A stretch of DNA of 64,000 bases, from NCBI RefSeq assembly GCF_947501045.1, contig NZ_CANMUI010000009.1. One strand, written 5' to 3'. This DNA comes from an uncultured Psychrobacter sp. Its GTDB lineage: Bacteria; Pseudomonadota; Gammaproteobacteria; Pseudomonadales; Moraxellaceae. This document shows positions 9,689 through 20,745 of this stretch, one piece after another; the stretch's first letter is position 1; each line of letters opens with the position of its first letter. The notes below the pieces were generated by a model. That model ran no database searches and was not told the DNA's origin. It saw nothing but the letters and a program-made list of their open reading frames with translations. The position numbers and the translations under genes are program-made.

Positions 9689-11251
9689 ATGGAAGGTTTA
9701 GTTAATCTAGCAAACGGAATTATTTGGAGCCCAGCACTGGTCTATTTGTGTTTGGGCGCAGGTTTGTTTTATTCTATTTTAACGCGCTTTGTACAAGTGC
9801 GTTTATTCGGTGAGATGATTAGACTTTTATTTAAAGGTAAACCCGATAATGCGGGTATCTCATCGTTTCAGGCATTAGCCGTCTCACTCGCAGGTCGTGT
9901 GGGTATGGGTAACATCGCAGGTGTCGCCGCTGCTATTGGTTTCGGTGGTCCAGGCGCGGTATTTTGGATGTGGGTAGTGGCCTTTTTAGGCGCTTCCACC
10001 GCTTATGTCGAATCCACACTAGGTCAGATTTACAAAGAGCGCGATGTCGTCACAGGCGAGTATCGCGGTGGCCCAGCTTATTACTTTGAGCGCGCTCTTG
10101 GTCAAAAATGGTACGGTGTTGTCTTTGCCATCGCCTCTATTATTGCTTGTGGGGTGTTCCTGCCTGGCGTGCAAGCGAACGGCGTTATCAATGCAGTGGC
10201 TCAGGTCGCAGGTGAAGGTTCAGCGATAAACTTTGTAGGTATGGAAACAGGTTCGACTCGTCTTATTGCCCTAGGTATTATTTTAGTGGTTTTAGGTTTT
10301 ATCATTTTTGGTGGTATTAAGCGTATCGCAACCTTTACTGAGTATGCCGTACCCTTTATGGCAGTAGGCTATATTATCCTAGCTCTGCTTATTATGTTTA
10401 CTAACTTTAGTATGATTCCTCAAGTGTTCGGTGCGATCGTTGGCGACGCTTTTACCGCGCAAGCAGGTTTCGGTGCAGCAATTGGTTGGGGTGTCAAACG
10501 TGGTATTTACTCCAATGAGGCTGGTCAAGGTACAGGCCCTCACGCAGCATCAGCAGCTGCAGTTGATCATCCCGCGCAGCAAGGTTTGGTGCAAGCCTTT
10601 TCAGTATATGTCGATACCTTGTTAGTTTGTTCTGCGACAGCTTTTATGATCCTATCAACGGGTATGTATAACATTCAAGGTACACTAGGCGAAGGTCAAT
10701 TTATCGTCCAAAACGTCGCTGCGGATGTCGAGATCAACTCGCCATCATTTACGCAAATGGCCATGGAATCTGTCTATGGCACGTTTGGTAATACCTTTAT
10801 TGCTATTGCGGTGTTCTTCTTTGCCTTTACCACTATCTTAGCGTACTACTATATCGCTGAGGTCAACATCTCCTATCTAACCCGCTCTATGGGTAAAGGG
10901 GCCAGTAAGACTGGTCAATTTATCGTTAAATTGATTATTATGTTTATGGTCGCTTATGGTGCGCTCAATAGCTCAGGCTATATCTGGGGCCTTGGTGATG
11001 TCGGCGTTGGTCTAATGGCGTGGCTCAATATCGTTGGTATCATTATTATCTTCTTCGTTGCCCGTCCTGCTATCGACATTTTGCGAGACTATGAAGCGCA
11101 GCTTAAAGCAGGTGGCGGTACCAGTTATAAGAGATTTGTCTTTGATCCTAAGAAATTTGGTATCAAAAACGCCACTTATTGGGAAGAGCGTCATGCAAAA
11201 GAAGAAGAGCTTTTAAGACAAGAGTCGTTACGCAAAACACCTCGATCTTAG
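9689..11251 (+). CDS. alanine/glycine:cation symporter (AGCS family), paralog 2
   Basis: About 75% identical to paralog 1 over the full length (my estimate by eye). Same motifs. Confidence 0.85.
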   Translation: MEGLVNLANGIIWSPALVYLCLGAGLFYSILTRFVQVRLFGEMIRLLFKGKPDNAGISSFQALAVSLAGRVGMGNIAGVAAAIGFGGPGAVFWMWVVAFLGASTAYVESTLGQIYKERDVVTGEYRGGPAYYFERALGQKWYGVVFAIASIIACGVFLPGVQANGVINAVAQVAGEGSAINFVGMETGSTRLIALGIILVVLGFIIFGGIKRIATFTEYAVPFMAVGYIILALLIMFTNFSMIPQVFGAIVGDAFTAQAGFGAAIGWGVKRGIYSNEAGQGTGPHAASAAAVDHPAQQGLVQAFSVYVDTLLVCSATAFMILSTGMYNIQGTLGEGQFIVQNVAADVEINSPSFTQMAMESVYGTFGNTFIAIAVFFFAFTTILAYYYIAEVNISYLTRSMGKGASKTGQFIVKLIIMFMVAYGALNSSGYIWGLGDVGVGLMAWLNIVGIIIIFFVARPAIDILRDYEAQLKAGGGTSYKRFVFDPKKFGIKNATYWEERHAKEEELLRQESLRKTPRS

Positions 11252-11291
11252 ATTTTACGTAAACGCTATTTAAACTTTATTAGTAATCATC

Positions 11292-11322
11292 AAAAAGCCC
11301 GTGATCAAGTCACGGGCTTTTT
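11292..11322. terminator. rho-independent terminator (GCCCGTGA-loop-TCACGGGC + T-run), bidirectional between convergent genes
   Basis: AAAAAGCCCGTGATCAAGTCACGGGCTTTTT read from sequence. Confidence 0.6.
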
Positions 11323-11521
11323 GATGGAGCTTTATAATTGATACAAGCGTGGTTTTAGCCAGAACTGTACCTATCTTATAAATGTAGTTCATCAAACCAG
11401 GTAATAATAGATTATTATTTAGACAAAAAAAGGTTTGATACTCAAGTTAATGAATATCAAACCAATATTAGCTTCATTCAAAAATCGTATTTTAAACTCA
11501 GCACATTATTATGATTTGCCT

Positions 11522-12145
11522 TTATTCAGGAACTAATACTGCATCGATAATATGAATAACGCCGTTAGTAGCTTGTACATCTGGCTGAGTAATATTTGCA
11601 GTGCCACCACCAGAAGCTGTAATCACATTATCTTCACTAATAGTAAAGGCATCGCCGTTTACTGTTTCGATATCGCTACCGTAAGGGATATCAGTTGCCA
11701 TCACTGTAGCATCAGGAACCACATGATAAGTCAGTACAGTAGTTAATAAGTCGGTATCAGCTAGTAGTTCATCTTGAGTCACACCAAGCGTTTCTAACAA
11801 AGCAGCAAAGGCATCGTTAGTTGGAGCAAACACAGTAAACTGACCATCTGATGCTAGTGTTTGATCAAGACCAGCTGCCTGCAGAGCGGCAACTAGTGTC
11901 GATAAGTCTGGGTTACCTGCAGCAACTTCAGTAATATTCTGCGTGGCCATAGGATCAGCCATAGGATCGGCTTCTACTGGGTCAGCCATAGGATCAACTT
12001 CAGGAGCCGGTTCCACAACTTCTACAACCTCAGTTTCAGCAACATCAGCTACTGGCTCATCTTGTACGGTTTCATTGTTGCTACAGGCTGCTAATGGTAA
12101 TACAGCCATAGCAAACGCTAGTGGTAATAAATTCTTCTTTAACAT
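11522..12145 (-). CDS. fasciclin (FAS1) domain lipoprotein
   Basis: Lipobox LAAC. FAS1 motifs TVFAPTNDAF and ATNGVIHIIDAVL. DPMADP tandem repeat in the linker. Confidence 0.75.
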   Translation of the reverse strand: MLKKNLLPLAFAMAVLPLAACSNNETVQDEPVADVAETEVVEVVEPAPEVDPMADPVEADPMADPMATQNITEVAAGNPDLSTLVAALQAAGLDQTLASDGQFTVFAPTNDAFAALLETLGVTQDELLADTDLLTTVLTYHVVPDATVMATDIPYGSDIETVNGDAFTISEDNVITASGGGTANITQPDVQATNGVIHIIDAVLVPE

Positions 12146-12255
12146 GAGTACTTCCTTATAAATAGTAATTGAATAATTTTTTATTCAATATAGTTCTATA
12201 ATATATAGTGTTACAAAACCAGCTAAAAACTGGGCGTTGTATTAATAGCGGGTAC

Positions 12256-12840
12256 TTATTTTGGTAGCAGTACCGTGTCAATTACGTGTACTACACCATT
12301 AGTAGCGGCAAGATCAGTCTGTAAAATGTTTGCAGTACGACCATTTTCATCCATTAGCGTGCCTTGAGGGGTCACCACTAAGGTGTCTGTACTAAGCATG
12401 ACAACATTGCCAGGCCTAACGTCTTTGGCATATACTGGCATATTGGCATTGATAACGTGATAGCCTAAGATTTTAGTTAATAAAGCCTTATCAGCAAATA
12501 GCTGCTCTTTAGTCATTCCAGTATCTTGTAATACCTTTGCAAAAGCCTCGTTAGTTGGTGCAAAGATAGTATAATTAGCACTAGGCTCAGACAAAATACC
12601 AGCTAAATTTGCTGCTTGTACTGCCTCGACTAATAAAGAGAAGTCTGGATTACTTTGAGCAATTTGTACTACATTAACATTCGATTTGGTCATATTGGCT
12701 TGAGCTGCAGGTTGGCTTTGAGCCGTCGGTGCAGGCTGCGCCATTGGAGCTTCTTCTGCCGCCATCATATTATTACAAGCCGTTAGACCAGCAAGTGAGA
12801 TGGCTAGAGTACCAATAGTAGCTACTTTGGTAAGTTTCAT
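12256..12840 (-). CDS. fasciclin (FAS1) domain lipoprotein, tandem paralog
   Basis: Lipobox LTAC. TIFAPTNEAF and ATNGVVHVIDTVL. Confidence 0.75.
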   Translation of the reverse strand: MKLTKVATIGTLAISLAGLTACNNMMAAEEAPMAQPAPTAQSQPAAQANMTKSNVNVVQIAQSNPDFSLLVEAVQAANLAGILSEPSANYTIFAPTNEAFAKVLQDTGMTKEQLFADKALLTKILGYHVINANMPVYAKDVRPGNVVMLSTDTLVVTPQGTLMDENGRTANILQTDLAATNGVVHVIDTVLLPK

Positions 12841-13447
12841 ACTTATATCCTTAATAATGAGGTGTATCCTACGTGTTGACTAATGTGTTATATCCTAAGA
12901 CAGCATCTTTATTTAGATCAATTACTGTAAAAAGAAATAAATTTTGAACAGTATAAGTCTAAAAAACTAAAACAAAGTTTATTATTTAGACTAATATTGG
13001 AATTAGTTAACTAAAAATCCTTATTAGTCAAAAACCTTAAATATATAAAATACTGTAAGATGCTAATCTTTATGGTTGTAAACTAACATAGAACTTTGCT
13101 GTAACGCGCCATTGTTACGCTACTTTTTGTGAGACGCTTGTAAGTTTTGTCTATTTTTCAAGAGCATTGTTAAGCTTCTATAACTTTTAACTAAAGAAAA
13201 GCCCTTTAAAAGTAAATTAGTTACACTTCTTTTAACCTTTAAAATATGATTTGATTGAGATTACTTTGAATTTTCAGCGCCAAATAACTAATGCTAAATA
13301 CTCACGCTAAATAAAGCTAAACTATACAGTCATGAACGATTTGTAGTTCATGCTAGACTACTACTAATTTATAATTCTCTATCTATAAAACTTTACGCCT
13401 TTTACCTCTTTTCCCTTTACAACCTTGATGATATAAGCAGTACTTCT

Positions 13448-16400
13448 ATGATTTCACAAAACCCTTTGCAAACTACTACCCCCTCACCTTCAGACAATCC
13501 TAATAATTTTATATTAACTCCGCCAGCTAGCTTTCCCTTTAAGGAAAAGCAGCTGGCCGCGCGTGCACGTATTACCGAGCAAATGAAGGCACGTATTTTG
13601 ATGCTTGATGGCGCGATGGGCACGCATATTCAGAACTATAAGCTAGAAGAAGCGGACTATCGTGGTGAGCGTTTTGCAGATATTAGCCAAGACGTGCGTG
13701 GTAATAACGATTTGCTCGTGTTAACCCAGCCACAAATGATTAAAGAGATTCATAGCGATCATCTAAAAGCGGGTGCAGATATCATCGAGACCAATACCTT
13801 TAACGGTACGCGGCTATCGATGGCTGACTATGACATGGAATATCTAGTACCAGAATTAAATAAGACCGCCGCCAAAATAGCTCGCGACATCGCCGATGAA
13901 TTTACCACCCAAAACCCAGATAAGCCGCGTTTTGTCGCTGGCGTCATTGGTCCGACCTCGCGTACCTGCTCGCTCTCCCCTGATGTCAACGATCCGGCGT
14001 ATCGCAACGTAACCTTTGATCAGTTAGTAGATAATTATCGTGAAGCGACGTTAGCGCTCATTGAAGGTGGCGTCGATATCATCTTGATTGAAACTATCTT
14101 TGATACGCTAAATGCCAAGGCCGCCATCTTTGCCGTTACTGGCGTGTTTGACGATATTGGCTTTGAATTACCGATTATGATTTCGGGTACGATTACCGAT
14201 GCCTCAGGCCGTACGCTATCTGGTCAAACCGCTGAGGCATTTTATAACTCGATTCGCCATGCCAAGCCGTTATCAGTTGGCTTCAACTGTGCGCTTGGTG
14301 CTGATGCGCTGCGCCCGCATATCCAAACGTTATCTAATATTGCTAATACGTATGTCTCCGCGCATCCGAACGCGGGCTTGCCCAATGAGTTTGGTGAATA
14401 TGATGAGACGGCAAAGGAAACCACTGCCCTGCTAGAAGGCTTTGCCAAAGCGGGTATCCTCAATATTGTTGGCGGCTGCTGTGGTACCACCCCTGAGCAT
14501 ATTCGTCAAATTGCTAATATGGTGGCAAAATACCCACCGCGCGAGATTCCTGAGATAGCACCTGCTTGTCGTCTGTCTGGGCTTGAGCCATTTAACATTA
14601 CTTCTGATAGCTTGTTCGTCAACGTTGGTGAGCGTACCAACGTCACTGGCTCGAAGAAATTCTTACGGTTAATTAAAACCGAAGCCTATACTGAAGCACT
14701 TGATGTCGCACGCGATCAGGTCGAAGGCGGCGCGCAAATCGTCGATATCAATATGGATGAGGGTATGCTCGACTCTGAGCAGGCGATGATTCATTTCGTC
14801 AATCTAGTATCCGGTGAGCCGGATATCAGCCGCGTGCCCTTGATGATTGATTCTTCTAAATGGGAGATTATTCAAGCGGGTCTTAAGCGCACGCAGGGTA
14901 AATGCGTGGTCAACTCCATCTCCCTAAAAGAAGGCTATAATGAGTTCGTCGAGCGCGCTAGGCTCTGTATGCGTTACGGCGCGGCAATTATGGTGATGGC
15001 CTTTGACGAAGACGGTCAAGCCGACACTTACGAGCGCAAAATAGAGATTTGCCAGCGCAGTTATGACATCTTGGTCGATGAAGTTGGTTTTCCTAGTGAG
15101 GATATCATCTTTGACCCCAACATCTTTGCCGTCGCCACCGGTATCACCGAACACAATAATTACGGCGCGGACTTTATCAATGCCACACGCTGGATAACCG
15201 AAAATCTACCCAATGCCATGGTATCGGGCGGCGTCTCTAACGTCTCCTTTAGCTTCCGTGGTAATCCAATTCGTGAAGCCATAAACTCAGTATTTCTCTA
15301 CCACGCTATTAAGAACGGTCTGACCATGGGTATCGTCAACCCTTCTATGTTAGAGATTTATGATGATATTCCCAAGGACGCCCGCGACGCTATCGAAGAC
15401 GTCATGCTCAATCGCAACCAAGGCGAAACTGGGCAAGATGCGACCGAACGCCTGATGACTATCGCTGAGAACTACCAAGACGATGGTAAGAAAAAAGAAA
15501 GCACCGTTGATCTATCTTGGCGTGAGCAGAGCGTAGAAAAACGCATCGAGCATGCACTGGTCAAAGGCATTACCACTTATATTGACGCCGATACCAAAGA
15601 GGCTTGGGAGAAATATCCCAAACCGCTCGATGTCATCGAAGGGCCATTGATGGACGGGATGAACGTGGTTGGTGACTTATTTGGCGCAGGTAAAATGTTT
15701 TTACCGCAAGTGGTCAAATCCGCGCGGGTGATGAAGCAATCGGTAGCGTGGCTAAACCCGTACATCGAAGCGGAAAAAGTCGAGGGCGAGGTTAAAGGTA
15801 AAATCCTGATGGCAACCGTCAAAGGTGACGTGCATGATATCGGCAAAAATATCGTCGGCGTGGTACTCGGCTGTAATGGCTACGACGTCGTTGACCTCGG
15901 CGTGATGGTGCCGTGTGAGAAAATCCTCGATACCGCTATTAGCGAGAAAGCCGATATCATCGGACTGTCGGGTCTGATTACTCCCAGCCTCGATGAGATG
16001 GTCTATGTCGCCAAGCAAATGCAAGAGCGCGGCATGAACCTGCCCCTGATGATTGGCGGCGCTACCACCTCAAAAGCACATACCGCGGTCAAAATTGAAC
16101 CGCATTACCAAAACGATGCGGTCATCTACGTCAGTGACGCCTCACGTTCGGTCGGTGTGGTCACCAAACTGCTCTCCAAACAGAACCGTCAAGAGCTGAT
16201 TGACGAAACCCGCGAAGAGTACATAACAGTCCGTGAGCGCCTCGCCAAACGCCAACCAAAAGCGGCGAAGATATCTTATGCTGATGCTATCAAAATTGGC
16301 TTTAAAGCTGACTGGGACAACTACGTGCCACCCGTGCCTAATAAACTCGGACAAGTGATATTTGATGATTATCCTATCACCAATCTGCTGCCTTATATCG

Positions 16401-17239
16401 ACTGGACACCGTTCTTTATCTCTTGGGGCCTGACAGGTAAATACCCAAAAATCTTGCAAGATGACGTGGTCGGCGAAGCGGCACGCGATCTGTTTGAGAA
16501 TGCGAATGACTTAATGCAAAAAATGATAGATGAAAAATTAATCGTTGCCAAAGGTGTGTTTAAACTCATGCCAGCCAAACGCACTGGCGCGGATACGGTA
16601 ACCGTCTATGACAACAGTCCAGCTGATGGCGGCAAGCCGACCTATCAGTTTGAGCACTTACGTCAGCAAAGCGACAAAGCCAGTGGCAAGCCAAACTTTA
16701 GCTTGGCAGACTTTATCTCACCATCGGACACCCATACCGATTACTTAGGTGGCTTTACGGTGTCGATCGTTGGGACAGAAGCACTGGCTGAAAAGTACAA
16801 AGAGGCAGGCGATGACTATAACGCTATCATGGTGCAAGCTTTGTCCGACCGCTTGGCCGAAGCCTTCGCTGAGCACTTGCATGAGCTGATTCGCAAAGAT
16901 TATTGGGGCTATCAGGCTGACGAGAATTTAACCAATGATGAGATGATCAAAGAAAAATATGTCGGTATTCGCCCTGCACCGGGCTACCCTGCCTGTCCTG
17001 AGCATACCGAAAAAGGTAAATTGTTTGACTGGCTCGGTACGGTTGATGCAATTGGTACTAGATTGACTGAAAGCTATGCAATGTGGCCTGCATCATCGGT
17101 CAGCGGCTTTTATTACTCGCACCCTGATAGTGAATACTTTAACGTCGGTAAAATCGACCGCGACCAGTTAGAAGATTATGCCAACCGTAAGGATTGGGAT
17201 ATTAGGACGGCTGAGAAGTGGTTAAATCCGAATTTGTAA
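13448..17239 (+). CDS. metH: cobalamin-dependent methionine synthase
   Basis: Full-length MetH. Hcy-binding domain ([18 protein letters not shown]). Pterin, B12-binding ([19 protein letters not shown]) and AdoMet-activation domains. Start may lie at 13448 or at a nearby alternative codon. Confidence 0.95.
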   Translation: MISQNPLQTTTPSPSDNPNNFILTPPASFPFKEKQLAARARITEQMKARILMLDGAMGTHIQNYKLEEADYRGERFADISQDVRGNNDLLVLTQPQMIKEIHSDHLKAGADIIETNTFNGTRLSMADYDMEYLVPELNKTAAKIARDIADEFTTQNPDKPRFVAGVIGPTSRTCSLSPDVNDPAYRNVTFDQLVDNYREATLALIEGGVDIILIETIFDTLNAKAAIFAVTGVFDDIGFELPIMISGTITDASGRTLSGQTAEAFYNSIRHAKPLSVGFNCALGADALRPHIQTLSNIANTYVSAHPNAGLPNEFGEYDETAKETTALLEGFAKAGILNIVGGCCGTTPEHIRQIANMVAKYPPREIPEIAPACRLSGLEPFNITSDSLFVNVGERTNVTGSKKFLRLIKTEAYTEALDVARDQVEGGAQIVDINMDEGMLDSEQAMIHFVNLVSGEPDISRVPLMIDSSKWEIIQAGLKRTQGKCVVNSISLKEGYNEFVERARLCMRYGAAIMVMAFDEDGQADTYERKIEICQRSYDILVDEVGFPSEDIIFDPNIFAVATGITEHNNYGADFINATRWITENLPNAMVSGGVSNVSFSFRGNPIREAINSVFLYHAIKNGLTMGIVNPSMLEIYDDIPKDARDAIEDVMLNRNQGETGQDATERLMTIAENYQDDGKKKESTVDLSWREQSVEKRIEHALVKGITTYIDADTKEAWEKYPKPLDVIEGPLMDGMNVVGDLFGAGKMFLPQVVKSARVMKQSVAWLNPYIEAEKVEGEVKGKILMATVKGDVHDIGKNIVGVVLGCNGYDVVDLGVMVPCEKILDTAISEKADIIGLSGLITPSLDEMVYVAKQMQERGMNLPLMIGGATTSKAHTAVKIEPHYQNDAVIYVSDASRSVGVVTKLLSKQNRQELIDETREEYITVRERLAKRQPKAAKISYADAIKIGFKADWDNYVPPVPNKLGQVIFDDYPITNLLPYIDWTPFFISWGLTGKYPKILQDDVVGEAARDLFENANDLMQKMIDEKLIVAKGVFKLMPAKRTGADTVTVYDNSPADGGKPTYQFEHLRQQSDKASGKPNFSLADFISPSDTHTDYLGGFTVSIVGTEALAEKYKEAGDDYNAIMVQALSDRLAEAFAEHLHELIRKDYWGYQADENLTNDEMIKEKYVGIRPAPGYPACPEHTEKGKLFDWLGTVDAIGTRLTESYAMWPASSVSGFYYSHPDSEYFNVGKIDRDQLEDYANRKDWDIRTAEKWLNPNL

Positions 17240-17264
17240 GAATAATTTTTACTAGTTTAAGAAA

Positions 17265-17296
17265 AAGGGATTTCAATCTTTAGAAATCCCTTTTTT
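17265..17296. terminator. bidirectional rho-independent terminator (AAGGGATTTC-loop-GAAATCCCTT + T6)
   Basis: 10-bp perfect stem and 8-nt loop, with T/A runs on both sides, between convergent metH and the PHP-ATPase gene. Confidence 0.65.
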
Positions 17297-17318
17297 AAAT
17301 TTTATTTATACTTAGTCA

Positions 17319-20300
17319 TTATGCTAAACCATACTTTCTTTGTCTATTAATAAATGCTGGTACAGTCCCTTCTAAAACATTAATAATGTGTTGCTTGATT
17401 GTTGGGTTTTCAATAGATCCAGAAATATAAGATATCTTCTTACCAGTATCACGTTCAAACTCTGCATATATAATCTGTTCAGCATCACAAACAACTGCTA
17501 GATTAGGATTATGAGTCACCATAATGACCTGGCGTTTTTTCTTAGCCTCTTTAATTATGGGCACTAAAATATCGTAAATAGTTTGATTATCTAAGTTTTC
17601 TTCTGGCTGATCTATCAATAAAGGATTGTTAGATTTATCTAACAGCAAAAAGAGGATTAATAGCAGCTCTCCTCTTTGTCCTGGCGATAAATAGTCTACA
17701 TCAACACCATCGTACTGAATGCGATTTTGTATTTCAAGATACTCAAATGAATAAATAAAACGGAATAAATCTTCTAATCTTGCTTTGTCCTTTACAATAT
17801 TTTTTAACCTTACATCACCTAACCCATCAAGTTCTTGCAGTACATTAATAAATTTTTCAGGAAAGCTTTCAAAGCAAATGCTACCATTCTCATCAATTAA
17901 GCACTCATCAATAGTTTTATAAATATTATCAATATTTATAACCTTATGTCTTAAATTTATTAAGTTTGCAAGTCTCAATCTAAAAAAATCTTTATCAAAT
18001 TTTACATAAGCTTCAAAGTTTAGCTTAACATTAATACCTCTTGATATAATATTTTGAATTTCCTGTACAATACCGCTAAACATCTCTTCTCTTTTATATA
18101 ACTTTAAATTTATTTTATCTAAAATACTTTTAGATTCTTCTTTTATTTTTCTATTAGTTTCTTTTAAATACTCTTCATATTTTTCCAAGTTAGATGCTTC
18201 AATTTCCAACTGTTTAATTGACGAATTAGCTTTAGAAATTAATTTTTCTAGGTCGTACATCCTATTACGCTTTTCGCCTAACTCATTATTTTTTTCATTA
18301 AGAGCTTTTGATTTGATTTTATAGGCATCATTAGCTAAATTAAATTCCTCACTAACTCTAATAGCATGCTGTCTCTTAGTATTTATATCTTCTTCAATTA
18401 ATTTAATTTTTGATTGTATTAAAGCATCATCGAAATTGAAGCTGATAATCTCGTCAATAGGTATTTCAAAATCAATCAGAAATCTATTTTTAAAATCTTC
18501 TTTTTGCGCCTCATAACTTACTTTAATTCGCTTTAGTTCATCAATAGCATTTTCGAATTTCATTAATTGATTTGACAGATCAATATAAACTCCATCAGCA
18601 ACAGTTTTATGATTAAAAGCACTCATCATCTCTATATGAGCTAGCTCTACATCTTTCATTAATGGGTCATCAAGACTACCGTAAATATCAGTATTTAAAT
18701 CTTGCATTTCATTGCTAGCTTTCTCTAGTTTTTCACGTTCAAGAGCCAAACTATTATTTATTTTAACCTCGTTTTCTGATGTAGTTTTATTTAAATAACT
18801 AACTATCTCACTACTTATCAACTCAATCCTACCTTTAATATCCAAGATATCTTTATTAATGGTTCTTTCGTCTTGGCTAATAAATGCATTATAGTCGTTG
18901 TTACCTAAAACTTTATCACTTGGTACATGACTAAAAACAATACTGTTAATTTGGCTCTGAAATGCGTTACTACTTAAGTCGCTACATAGCTCTTCAAAAT
19001 AACCTTGTGGAATATAAGTAATTCTATCTTTTACATTTGCATCGTTTTTACACAAGTGTGATTCCAAGTTTTCAGAATTACTCATAAAATCCAAATTTAC
19101 TTTATAATTACTGCCAATATTCAATGTGTCAAATTTTTTGACAAAATTGTTGTATTTAATATCTGTTTTGTCTTCGAACACGTGTGAAATAATATCTATA
19201 AATGCACTTTTACCACTACCTTTGTTTCCAATAATGGCTACTAAGTCACTATTTAATTTTTGTTCTATATTTTCGAACCACTCTCCAGCTGTTTCTGAAC
19301 TGTGATTACTAATACAGACTCTGTCTAAGTATTTTTCTGAATTACCTTCAATGGCTTTCAATTTGTCTGGTTTATCGCCTATAAAAGACCTATTTGAAGG
19401 CTCTCTAATAGCTTGTAATAAACCTTCGAAGGTAGTGTCAGCTTTTATCCAGGTTTTATTATTACCAGGAAATACTGCATACCCTCTATCTTCTCCACTA
19501 GTTTTGAACCTATGAGCATCGCTACCCCTTACTGCCAAACAAGGTTTATCTCCTAAGCAGTATTGAAACTCCTTCAAAAAATTTTTGTTATTATCTGTTT
19601 CTACATTTTGAAAAGTTAAAGCTTCTTCTTGATTTTTAACCTCAAAGATGTTAGCAAATTTCATTAGTTTGAAAACGTACTGATAGTTATCTTTTGAAAA
19701 ACTAGTCGCTCCTCCATGAGTACTCCAAGCTAAATACGGAACTGCCCTATCAGGATACATATTTACTGCTTTCTCCCAAGATTCAACAGTTACTTCAGCT
19801 TTCTCCTTACTAGCAGTTAAAGCATCTTCGTCATTTTTCTTGACATCGCCTTTAACATCTTTAGTATTACTATCAGGTAATTTACGTATATATTCAATTA
19901 AAGACTTATTCGATAATGGCTTATCTATTAAATCAAGAATTAGGTTACTCTTAAAATCACTTAAATCAGTAATACTTATATCATTAGAGAAAACTACATG
20001 AGCATTCAATCTAGGTAGTTTTGATGAAGATAGTCTAAGTTCGATTCCAGGGAAAACTACTTTATTTAATTTTGGTGAATTAGGCATGTCTAATCTATTT
20101 TTTAATGCTATCCAGCCATCAAATGTAAAGTAATCCATCAATACGAAAACATCAGCATCTGCTTTGTTCAAAGCTTCAATCATCTCATCAATAATCTCTA
20201 TGTCTACTTGAGTATTCAAATTGGGGTTATTTAGCTTACGACTACCTCTCCAATTAAACGAAGCAGGTGTGTGTACATGAAAATCCCAAACCCTCCACTC

Positions 20301-20327
20301 TGAACCTCTTTGAAATTCTTGTTCCAT
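17319..20327 (-). CDS. PHP-domain phosphoesterase fused to SMC/Rad50-like ABC ATPase with long coiled coil (Ppl/TrlF-like candidate anti-phage protein)
   Basis: N-terminal PHP motifs (WDFHVHTP ... GSDAHRF). Walker A GNKGSGKS. About 330 aa of K/E/N-rich coiled coil. C-terminal ABC signature LSPGQRGE, Walker B LLIDQPEENLD and H-loop VTHN. About 28% GC against 45-50% in flanks. Confidence 0.7.
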   Translation of the reverse strand: MEQEFQRGSEWRVWDFHVHTPASFNWRGSRKLNNPNLNTQVDIEIIDEMIEALNKADADVFVLMDYFTFDGWIALKNRLDMPNSPKLNKVVFPGIELRLSSSKLPRLNAHVVFSNDISITDLSDFKSNLILDLIDKPLSNKSLIEYIRKLPDSNTKDVKGDVKKNDEDALTASKEKAEVTVESWEKAVNMYPDRAVPYLAWSTHGGATSFSKDNYQYVFKLMKFANIFEVKNQEEALTFQNVETDNNKNFLKEFQYCLGDKPCLAVRGSDAHRFKTSGEDRGYAVFPGNNKTWIKADTTFEGLLQAIREPSNRSFIGDKPDKLKAIEGNSEKYLDRVCISNHSSETAGEWFENIEQKLNSDLVAIIGNKGSGKSAFIDIISHVFEDKTDIKYNNFVKKFDTLNIGSNYKVNLDFMSNSENLESHLCKNDANVKDRITYIPQGYFEELCSDLSSNAFQSQINSIVFSHVPSDKVLGNNDYNAFISQDERTINKDILDIKGRIELISSEIVSYLNKTTSENEVKINNSLALEREKLEKASNEMQDLNTDIYGSLDDPLMKDVELAHIEMMSAFNHKTVADGVYIDLSNQLMKFENAIDELKRIKVSYEAQKEDFKNRFLIDFEIPIDEIISFNFDDALIQSKIKLIEEDINTKRQHAIRVSEEFNLANDAYKIKSKALNEKNNELGEKRNRMYDLEKLISKANSSIKQLEIEASNLEKYEEYLKETNRKIKEESKSILDKINLKLYKREEMFSGIVQEIQNIISRGINVKLNFEAYVKFDKDFFRLRLANLINLRHKVINIDNIYKTIDECLIDENGSICFESFPEKFINVLQELDGLGDVRLKNIVKDKARLEDLFRFIYSFEYLEIQNRIQYDGVDVDYLSPGQRGELLLILFLLLDKSNNPLLIDQPEENLDNQTIYDILVPIIKEAKKKRQVIMVTHNPNLAVVCDAEQIIYAEFERDTGKKISYISGSIENPTIKQHIINVLEGTVPAFINRQRKYGLA

Positions 20328-20506
20328 AGATACCGTCTCTAACTATTAAGCTTTTAGTTAATCATAATTTTAAGAATTGATCAGTTTATTGATTTATATA
20401 CAAAAATGCAACTGAACTGTTAATTTTAGTTCATTAATAATTACAGCCGAGTTACAACAAACTTAGCAGTAATGCTACCTTTATCTTCCTTCTCTAATAA
20501 TATCAA

Positions 20507-20548
20507 GTTAGAAAACGTGGTGATTTTCATTGTCTTAATTTTAGCTTA
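20507..20548. repeat. direct repeat S1 (GTTAGAAAACGTGGYGRTTTTCWATTGTCTTRATTTTRGCTTAG), copy 1 of 2
   Basis: About 85% identical to S2 at 21126-21168. Overlaps the stop of the diverged DUF2256-like ORF. Confidence 0.5.
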
Positions 20549-20734
20549 GTCCATCTTACACCGCAGACAACGCTCTAAACAATAAGTCTCTTTATTTCGC
20601 TGATAAGGTAGATATTTTATGAAATTGGTGCGCTGGGCGCAGCCTACGCCAAATTTTGCAGTGCATATGCTATTTGAAGGCTTATTTTTTGTAGGTTGGT
20701 GTCGAGGCACGAGACCCAACAATTTATAAATCAA
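20546..20734 (-). pseudogene. diverged or degenerate DUF2256-like small ORF (possible pseudogene)
   Basis: N-terminal KNKPSNSIC and C-terminal YCLERCLRCK resemble the intact neighbour ([10 protein letters not shown] ... [10 protein letters not shown]). The first CxxC is disrupted. Confidence 0.3.
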
Positions 20735-20745
20735 AAATATATAAT

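Noticed and set aside
17319-20327. Considered a Gabija GajA / OLD-family or Lamassu LmuB call for the ATPase gene
   Set aside because: There is no TOPRIM domain, and the N-terminal domain carries PHP motifs (HVH, GSDAH) instead. No partner gene is adjacent. A Ppl/TrlF-like single-gene architecture fits better.
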